Assembly: GCF_006345805.1 (NCBI RefSeq)
Contig: NW_021824364.1
Location: 1 to 18,197, forward strand
Length of the DNA stretch: 18,197 nucleotides
Origin: Octopus sinensis
Lineage: Eukaryota
Direction: 5' to 3'
The number at the start of each line of letters is the position of its first letter. The stretch's first letter is position 1. The position numbers were made by a program, and so were the translations under genes. The notes below the pieces were generated by a model. That model saw only the letters and a program-made list of their open reading frames with translations. It searched no databases and was not told the origin of the DNA. Shown one piece after another: positions 8,891-18,197 of this stretch.

Positions 8891-9171
8891 TTATGTAAGT
8901 GCATTCATGTGCGCATAACTATGTGTGTATATACGAGTATATCATATGTAATCATTTCACATTGCAAATTAGATGTTGGAAAATATTGGTGTAAAAGTGG
9001 CTTTCAAATTCGTTTTCCCTCTTAATATGTGTATAGTCACATACATATAATATGTTTGTATGTGTGTGTGTGTCTGTGTGCATACGCATTATACGCATGT
9101 ACATATGCTTGTGTGTTCATATATATAAATATATATATATATAGTATGTATGTATAATATATATATATATA

Positions 9172-9222
<51 letters not shown>

Positions 9223-9583
9223 ATTGCATAGATAGATACATATATATAAATATGCAAGTTTATATATGTGTATGGCATATATATAATGAATATGCGTGTA
9301 TATATAATTATATTATATATATATATATAATATATATATATAGATATATATATATATATATATTGAGGGAGGAAGGGGAAGAGGAGGAAAGAGACAATTG
9401 AGGGTGTATAAGCTTAGATTTGACTAAGTTTAAATTTACTTATTTTTTTTTTTTTATTAGCATAAACATCATACATTCTATATTACGTAATTAATATTCA
9501 CATATATTTGATTTGAATTGATTTAATTTGAATTAATTAATTGATTGCTGTACCCCATATATAGAAACATAGACATCTATAAC

Positions 9584-9648
<65 letters not shown>

Positions 9649-9653
9649 ATATA

Positions 9654-12600
9654 TTGATTGATTGATTCTAGTTTCAGCTTATGAGCTGTGGCCATGCTGG
9701 GGCACCGCCATTTGGTGTTGCTACTTGGTTTCACTTCATGGAGGCTTTCTAGCAACTGCTATTTGGTGCATGAGAGAGTTCGATGCAGCTGCCCTCATCT
9801 GCCCCCTGCCGTGAAGTTGGTTCATCTGGGACACCTGACAGGAAGAGATCCAGCTTCATTTTAAAGACATCTGTATCCACCCCATGCAGGTCTCTCAGGT
9901 TCTTCGGGAGGATATTGAAGAGCTGTGGGCCTCGGAAGCCCAGGCTATCACAGAATCTTGTCCTACATCTTGATGGCAGGTCTGGAGTCCTAGGCACCAC
10001 GCAGTGGCGCCCAGTTCTGGCATTTGCGTAACTCTCGATGCCAAAGTTCAGGACACTTCCCTCCAGGATCTTCCAGATGTATATTATGGCATATCTTTCC
10101 CGCCTACGCTCCAGGGAATATAATTTTAATCTCTTGAGTCTTTCCCAGTAGCTTACATTCTGCATAGAGGCTATCTTCTTTGTGTAGCTTCGTTGGATCG
10201 CCTCAAGTTCTGTGATCAACTTGACACTGGATGGTGACCATAGCTGAGAGCAATAGTCAAAGTGGCTTAGGACAATTGTCTTCCAGAGGACCATCATGGT
10301 TTCTTGTTCTCTTGTTCTAAAGGTTCTAAGAATCCAGCCAGCCAGCCGTCTACATTTCATTGTCAGTTTAGCAACATGTACATGAAAGGTCGCGTCATCA
10401 CTCATGTGAATACCCAGGTCACGCACTGATTGTGCCTCTGGGATTGCAATCCCTCCGGGTCCAGTGTATTCATTGGGTATTGCATTCAGTTTTGCATGCT
10501 GATAGTATAAAGCTTGAAACTTTCCAGCATTGAACTGCATGCTATTCTTTTCAGCCCACTTGTATATTTCGTCCAGCTCACATTGCAGGTGTTTAGTGTC
10601 CTCAGGGTTCTGTATTGCCTGTGAAACTTTTGTATCATCTGCATAACTTGTGATCGTGGCTCTCTGCATGGCTGAGGGCATGTCTGAGAGGGCCATTATG
10701 AACAGTAGTGGTCCCAGAACAGTGCCCTGCGGAACACCGCTCACTATTTGTGTGTTAATGGAGGTGGCCCCATTGGCTACTACCACCTGACTTCTATCCT
10801 TCAGAAAGTCATGAAGCCATTCTCCCAGTTTTCCAACTATGTTGAGATCACGCAGTTTGTGACATATCATTCCATGATCGACTTTATCAAAGGCCTTTGC
10901 AAAGTCGAGATATATCACTTCCACATTTGAGTGGTTGAGCAGCTGTTTCAGCACCCAGTCATAGTGTTGTAGGAGCTGAGTTAAACAGCTTCTCCCTGGT
11001 CGGAAACCATGTTGGTGTCGGGCAGCAAGTTTCTCTTCAAGGAAGGTGATCAGCTTCCTTCTGACTATTCGTTCCATGACCTTGCTGATGTGTGAGGTCA
11101 GAGAGATAGGTCTATAGTTCTTGGCTTCCGCTCTGCTACCTCCTTTATGAATGGGGCATATTTTACCTTCCTTCATTTTCCTGGAAGTTTGCCAGCTGCA
11201 AGGAAGCTCTGAAAGAAGGAACTGCAGTGGTCTTGCTAGGACCTCTCTTACATGCTTTTAAGAGGATTGCCGGGAATCCATCGGGGCCAGTAGCTGAGTC
11301 TGTTTTCATTTCATCTATAGCCTTGGTTACATCGTCTTCTTTATATCGATGTAATCTATCGTCGCCGCCTCTGATTTTATATCTGCAGTGGTAAAAAGTC
11401 AGTTGGATTGGTGATTTGGAATGCCCAAGGGGTGGAGTGAAAACACTCTTGATTGCTCATTCAGTATTTCACTTACCCTCATTGGTTTTCCTGTAAGTGT
11501 GCCATCCTTTTCGAGGAGTGGCCCTATTCTACAGTGCACTGTAGCTGTTTCTTTGGCATACCTGTAGAAAGCTCTGGGTTTAGATTTTATGTTTTCTATA
11601 GCCCAGGCTTCTTTGTCTGCTCTTTCTTTTTTCATGGAGAGTTGCAGACATTTTTCGATTTCCAACAGTTTTTTTTTAGGCGGGACTTTTCACTGCTTTC
11701 AATCTGTTTGTTTAGGCGATTTGAAAATTTCGTACGCCGTCTCATTAGATTTTTCCTCTCTCTGGGGATTTTGTTCTTGTGTACAGTGGCCTTTCTCTCT
11801 GGGACACATTTGTAGCATATGGCTTGCATTACAGACATGAATTGTTGAAGTTTCACGTCGATGTCTGGCGAGGAGAGACATTTAGGCCAGTTTTGTTTGA
11901 GGATCTCTTTCTCAATTTGTTTCCAGTTTGCCTTATGGTAGTTCAAGCGGAAAGATTTTGGGGGTTTCTTGTAGGCTGCATGTCCGTGCTCTCTTTTGGC
12001 CCGTACATGGTCAGCTCTATCATGTTGTGATCCGAGAGTAGTGTCGGTGTCACTTTCACATTATGGATGAGATCCATGTCATTTGTGAAGCAGAGATCCA
12101 GTGTGTTACCTGCCCTGGTTGGTTGGAGTATTACCTGCTCCATGTACAGGGTGTTGATGAGGTTCAGGAGGGACCTCGCCTGTCCTCGTTCACATCTTGT
12201 CATTCCTGGGAGAGAAAGGCCCTCGGGCCATCTGACATTGGGCAGATTGAAGTCTCCCATAAGAACACACCTATGTGTTGTTCTAATGTGGTTAGAATTT
12301 CTTCTATTTTTATAAGGCAGTCTTCAAACTTGCCCACATGGCTTGGGGCATCTGGAGGGCGATATGTAGCACACACAACTACATCAAGTTGCTTAATTGT
12401 ACAATTAGTGTGTCACATACGAGTTTGAGTAATGACAAGAGGACCTGGGGTGTGAGGTCCTCACGGATGTACATAGCAACACCTCCATGACTCTTTTCTT
12501 CCTGTCGGTCCGTAGTACAGCATACTGTGGTATGTGTAACTCCGCATCTGCTATGTCCGGTTTCAGGTGCGTTTCTGTCAGTGCTATGCATATGGCTTGA

Positions 12601-12747
12601 TTGCATGCAACAAAGTCTCTCAGGAACGGGATCTTTGTCCTGTTACTGAGTGTTTGCAGTCCTCTGATGTTCAGTAGGAGTATCGAGGTGAGGTGTACGT
12701 TGTTGCCGGCGGTGTCCATCCTGTGTCTGTTTGCTGTGGTGGTCTGG
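9654..12747 (-). mobile_element. 5'-truncated CR1-group LINE (no ORF1) with short 3' UTR and (AATC)n tail
   Basis: APE and RT motifs; C-terminal YWERLKRLKLYSLERRRERY motif typical of CR1-group elements; (ATTG)n tail at 9653-9667; possible TATATA TSD at 9648-9653 and 12748-12753. Confidence 0.92.
9736..12719 (-). pseudogene. Frameshifted LINE ORF2 (APE endonuclease plus reverse transcriptase)
   Basis: Endonuclease motifs LLLNIRGL, IALTETHL, SHGGVAMY, TYRPP, MGDFNLP, GNTLDLCFTN, SDHNMI; RT motifs NYRPISLTSH, QHGFRPGRSC, YLDFAKAFDKV, SGVPQGTVLGPLLF, YADD; the -1 frame after about 9805 gives MRAAASNSLMHQIAVARKPP* with stop at 9736-9738. Confidence 0.93.
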
Positions 12748-12848
12748 TATATAGTGGGTAGAATTTAAGGAGAATTTACAAAAAAAGACGAAGACAAGTG
12801 TAGACAACAAACAGATGTATTAGTATAACGCTCGGGAAGTGAAAAAGT

Positions 12849-12884
12849 CTTTAACATTTCGAGCCTATGCTCGTCCACAGAAAG
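12849..12884 (-). ncRNA. Decayed minimal hammerhead ribozyme motif (Penelope type)
   Basis: Minus strand CTTT-CTGTGGAC-GAGC-ATAG-GCTC-GAAA-T-GTT-AAAG; stems I and II are perfect, the core and stem III are altered. Confidence 0.55.
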
Positions 12885-13292
12885 GAAAAAAGAGAGAAAC
12901 AAGGAGAGAATGTAAAGAACATGTAGTGGCTAGCGATCTATCATATGCACACACATACATTTATATATGACCACATATGTATGTATGTGTATATATATAT
13001 ATATTGATTATAGAGTGAGAGAGGGGCAGAGGAGGGTAGAAAGAGAATTTACTGAATATAAGTTTATAATTTTACAGTTTTTCATTACCATAAACATAAA
13101 TTCCATAATTTAGTTATTAAGCTCTATATATATATATATATATCTCATTAAAATTAATTTAAATCGAATTAATTTAATTTATATTCGTACTTCATTCACT
13201 GAAATACGGACATGTATTTATATATATATGTGTGTGTTTGTGTTTGTGTGCGTGTGTTTGTGTGTGTTTGTGTGTGTATATATGCATGTATG

Positions 13293-13346
<54 letters not shown>

Positions 13347-13550
13347 TATTAATTCCTCTATACACACATACTCGCATCACATATATATGTATGTATGTAT
13401 ATATATATAGAAGACTTGTACAAATGTTATATATTTATACACACGCACAATACTATGTCGAGTTATATTTATACTGAATTTCCTTATTAAACTGGTTGAT
13501 TACACAATCGAATTCATATATTTCAACGTTTACAGGGAAAATATCTATAG

Positions 13551-13586
13551 TGACTTCCAAGTTTCGGCTTCTTTGCGCTCATCAGA
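13551..13586 (-). ncRNA. Hammerhead-like motif with intact core but broken stem I
   Basis: Minus strand T-CTGATGA-GCGCAAAGAAGCC-GAAA-CTTGGAA-GTC-A; stem III ACTT/AAGT; GUC site. Confidence 0.45.
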
Positions 13587-13869
13587 GAATCATATAAACG
13601 AGAGGAACCTAAAGCTTCGGTAGTCACCATGAATTTTCTCCCTCGGAAATTTCAGACGGGGGATGTGCGGTACGCAACCCACAACATCGCCAGATATATC
13701 GCAGTGAACACACTGACAGAGGTGCAGAATAACTGCAACCACAATTCCTAATCGTCCCATTATATGTCAATTTGTTGTTTGGATCTCAACTGAAGCGCGA
13801 CTAAATAAAGAGTTTTTTCTTCCAATATAGTGGTTTCGTTATCGCTTTTCAAATACGAGTTTTGGAAGA

Positions 13870-13919
13870 ATTTATATATTTAATAATAATAATAGTAATT
13901 ATTATTATTATTATTATTA

Positions 13920-13998
<79 letters not shown>

Positions 13999-14022
13999 TT
14001 ATTATATTATATTATTTTATTA

Positions 14023-14063
<41 letters not shown>
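13870..14063. repeat. (ATT)n microsatellite
   Basis: Direct reading. Confidence 0.97.
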
Positions 14064-14064
<1 letters not shown>

Positions 14065-14387
14065 CTTTGCTCACCATGTACAAATACATGCGTGTATTCG
14101 TCCCTATTTTATTTATTTTATTTCAATTTTTTTTTAGAATAGAAGCATACCTTCCGGAGCGTATTGAACTCATTTTTGCGTGATTGTTAGCCCACACTGC
14201 ACATACAAATACATACACGCATGCATGCACACACATACATCCATACAAACACATACATCCACATACGTCCACGCACACACGCGTATGTATATACATGTGT
14301 ACATACACATATATATGTATACATATGCATAAAAAATATACACAGACACATATACAACTATACATATGTGTGCTGTGAGTTATTTCT

Positions 14388-14566
14388 AGGAGTGGCTATG
14401 TGGTAAGTAGCTTGCTTACCAACCACATAGTTCCAGGTTCAGTCCCACTGCATGGCACCCTGGTTAATTGCCTTCTGCTATAAGCTCGGGAAGACCAAAG
14501 CTTTTTGAGTGTATTTGGTAACGGAAACTGAAAGAAGCCGTCGTATATATATATGTATATATTATA

Positions 14567-14619
<53 letters not shown>

Positions 14620-14875
14620 TATATATATATGTGTGTGTGTGTGGTGTGTGTTGTGTGTGTGTGTGGTGTGTGTGTGTTTGGGTGTGTGTGTGTGTTTGTG
14701 TGTCGGTGATTGTCCTCCCACCATCGCTTGACAATCGATGCTGGAGTGTTACGTCCCCGTAACTTAGCGGCTCGGCAAAAGAGACCGATAGAGTAAGTAC
14801 TGGGCTTACAAAGAATAAGTCCTGGGGTCGATTTGTTCAGTCAAATGACTGAAACAAATAAAAGAATAAAAGAAT
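14388..14875 (+). mobile_element. tRNA-derived SINE with an internal (TA)n(TG)n array and a LINE-like 3' tail
   Basis: A-box-like TGGCTATGTGG; B-box GGTTCAGTCC (14436-14445); array at 14544-14700; 3' half homologous to the reverse complement of 16434-16620; ends cagtcaaatgactgaaac followed by (taaaagaa)x2. Confidence 0.85.
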
Positions 14876-15401
14876 ATATTATATATATATATATATATAT
14901 GTACAAGCATACAAATGGGTTTGTTTATATAGATACATGTATATATTAACACACACAGCGATTCTAGTCTTTCGTCTAAAATCCGAGAAATACACAGAAA
15001 CGTTTATGCAAAAATGGCTGCGCAGTGAGGCATGTATCAGCACTTGTGAATTTCTAAACAATTTCTTTTTCCTTTTCTTAAATTTTTGCCTTAATTTTTT
15101 TTCTCTCTCTCACTCACCCATGTCTCTTAGTTTTATTTCTTAGACCGGGAGAGATTAACTTGTGAAATAACGGCAGTGGTGTCGTTGAAAGTGGTGGTGG
15201 TGGTGGTGGTATTGGTGTTTATTGGTGGTGAAGACATTGCTTTGGCCAGGCAAAAATAAATTGATAACTAACTAACTAAATAAATAAATAAACATGCTTT
15301 TAGATTAAACACGAAAGCAATTGAGATCGAGTGATGAAAATGGGCAAGAAACACGGAGCACGGCATTAACAATCATGGTGAGAAGTACAAAATTAAATAC
15401 A

Positions 15402-15402
<1 letters not shown>

Positions 15403-15460
<58 letters not shown>

Positions 15461-15472
15461 TAATGATAATAA
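15403..15472. repeat. (AAT)n microsatellite
   Basis: Direct reading. Confidence 0.97.
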
Positions 15473-15722
15473 AAAGCAGAAAGCTCGTTTTAGGAACTTG
15501 TGAAAACAGAGGTGTGAATTTATAGGCAAGAACAAAATAAACCAGATTTATCCATCTTAAATATCTGTCAGACTAGAATGTGTTTATGGTAAAGGATATA
15601 CACACTGCACGTTCTGTGCTTCGCACTTTTTCCCGCTCGTCGTGTATGTATGTATACAGGAGGTGTTGTATGTGTTTATGTATATATATACATATACATA
15701 CATACATAACATATCCATATAC

Positions 15723-15755
<33 letters not shown>

Positions 15756-16265
15756 AATTATATATGATATATACACATATATATATATATACATATGTAT
15801 ATATATATATATATGAATATATATATATATATATGAATATATATATATATATAAACACACGTATGCTCACACATATTTATATATATATACACATGTAGAC
15901 CGATTTTATCACATTTCATCAGTTTTTACGAAATGCGGATGTGTGTTTCACTGTTTGTGAGTGCGTTTTTTTTAGATTTACTTTTGCGTATTTCGCTCTT
16001 AATCTATCTCTCACTCTCCCCACTTAATTTTCTATAAAGGCGTATCTGTGTGTATGTCTATTCTGTGCTTGTGTGTGCTTGCGTCTATTTGTGCCTGTGT
16101 CTGAATGTATGTCTGTGTGTCTGTACGTTTCTTTGGTGGAGATTATACACTTATCTGTATGTATCCAACATCCATACATACATGAATATATGCATATACG
16201 TATACAAATATACATTACGCACACACACATATTTGTGTGTGCGTGAGTGTCAGTTTCTGTATGTA

Positions 16266-16304
<39 letters not shown>

Positions 16305-16386
16305 ATTGCATACACGTAGATTTACACACACACACGAACGCACACTCACAAGCATACGTACATAGATGCACATATATATGTGTGTG

Positions 16387-16418
<32 letters not shown>

Positions 16419-16433
16419 ATTGTGCGTGTGTGT

Positions 16434-16631
16434 TTCTTTTACATGTTTCAGTCATTTGACTGCGGCCATGCTGGAGCACCGCCTTTAGTCGACCCTAGGA
16501 GTTTTTCTTTGTAAGCCTAGTATTTATTCTATCGGTCGCTTTTGCCGAACCGCTACGTTACGGGGTCATAAACACACCAGCATCGGTTGTCAAGTGATGT
16601 TGGGCGTACAAACACAGACACACAAACATAC

Positions 16632-16715
<84 letters not shown>

Positions 16716-16727
16716 CATATATATATA
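16434..16727 (-). mobile_element. 5'-truncated copy of the 14388-14875 SINE (internal array plus 3' half)
   Basis: cttttgccgaaccgctacgttacggggtcataaacacaccagcatcggttgtcaag is the reverse complement of about 14727-14781; followed by (CA)n then (TA)n; no tRNA head beyond 16727. Confidence 0.85.
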
Positions 16728-16933
16728 AATCAAGCACTTTACTTCTGTGTCATAATGCTTAATTTTTCTTCCACCGTCTCTTCTTCCGCTTCCTCAATCT
16801 CCTAGCCACATCTTTTCGTTATTATAATCACCCCTCCTACACAAAGTCGTCTTTTATCCTCTTCCTACTTTCACACCACTTCTGCTATAATTCGATAATA
16901 CACACTCAGAAAGAAATGAATTAAAACAAACAA

Positions 16934-17066
<133 letters not shown>

Positions 17067-17417
17067 TTTTATGCGTGCGTGTGAGTGTATTTATATTTAT
17101 ATATATGTATATGTACGAAAGTGATAACTAATAAAACAACTAAGTAAAAAAGAAAATAGCAACAACAGTAATAACTACGACAACATTAACGAGGCAAATA
17201 AATACATTGAGAGATACACAGGCGCAAAGACACATATTTGATAAAACAATGTCTAAATATAAAGCAGAAAAAAAACAAAAACGAAAAGATAAATAAGGAT
17301 AATATAAAGAAGGCCTCCGAACAGAATGAAACCGCTTCCCAACCTACATACGTACATACCCTGCAGCCTATTTTCTTAATAGTAAAAGCCAAAAATAAAA
17401 TAAAATTGAAAAAACAT

Positions 17418-17433
17418 GATAATAATAATAAAA

Positions 17434-17464
<31 letters not shown>

Positions 17465-17518
17465 TAGTAATAATAATAATAATAATAATATATAATGATA
17501 ATACTAATGATAATAATG

Positions 17519-17575
<57 letters not shown>

Positions 17576-17610
17576 TAATAATAATATAATAATGATGATA
17601 ATAATAATAA
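17418..17610. repeat. (AAT)n microsatellite
   Basis: Direct reading. Confidence 0.97.
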
Positions 17611-17873
17611 GTGTAATAGCAGTAATCATTATAAAAATAAGCGATAAGAGGAAGAGGGGAGGAGAAGTAGGAGTAAGAGATGGTGGTGAGAGAGGAAGGA
17701 AGATAATTTTTTTTTGTTTTGAAAAAATAGAAGAATAATGAATAAAAAAAACAGAAATAGAAACAAAATAATATTTTTAAAAAATCTCACCAAACCGAAA
17801 TAGAAAGCAGAAAATCGAGCGCAAAAATACCAAACAACCGACAGATAGTAAAACTTACATATACATGTACGCG

Positions 17874-17875
<2 letters not shown>

Positions 17876-17937
<62 letters not shown>
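17876..17937. repeat. Pure (TA)n microsatellite
   Basis: Direct reading. Confidence 0.97.
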
Positions 17938-17941
<4 letters not shown>

Positions 17942-18197
17942 GTAGATAGAGAGAAAGAGAGAGACATATTATATACATATAATGTGTATGTATATGTATG
18001 TTTGTGTGTGTCTGTAAGTATAGCTAAATAAAAATAGAAAAATAAAGATATATATGCTTGTCAGTTATCATCACTAACACTAGGTTCACTATGTAACTTT
18101 GAAGAATTGGTGTGTGGGGGATTAGAAAGCGAAGAAAAAAAGAAGAGAGACTTTGGAATGTTGCTATATACATCATCAATACAAGCTCTTGTTTCTC

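Noticed and set aside
9783-12428. Plus-strand ORFs overlapping the LINE
   Set aside because: Antisense shadows of ORF2 with no independent motifs
6867-14460. tRNA genes at the A/B-box sites (6867, 7196, 14388)
   Set aside because: No complete cloverleaf; they continue into SINE bodies
15010-15023. YY1-like AAAATGGCTGC motif
   Set aside because: Single short motif with no promoter context

Overview
AT-rich, microsatellite-saturated eukaryotic DNA. The SINE families and repeat landscape look like an octopus or other coleoid cephalopod genome (inference from my recognition of the repeats, not a database match). The only clear protein-coding signal is a 5'-truncated CR1-group LINE on the minus strand (~9654-12747). 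Its ORF2 has APE endonuclease and reverse transcriptase domains broken by many 1-2 nt indels. Around it are at least three tRNA-derived SINE families, an inverted pair of a (TAA)n-tailed retroelement 3' fragment, and several Penelope-like relics. Most ORFs in the supplied track are microsatellite read-throughs. Highlights: (1) an apparently intact type I hammerhead ribozyme (3215-3278) inside a near-perfect ~400 bp inverted duplication, plus several decayed hammerhead motifs elsewhere; (2) a 39-nt 3' tail shared by the LINE and a SINE, with compensatory changes in a terminal stem-loop; (3) two candidate minus-strand host exons missed by the ORF track (950-1055 and 4050-4709). No host gene could be named.
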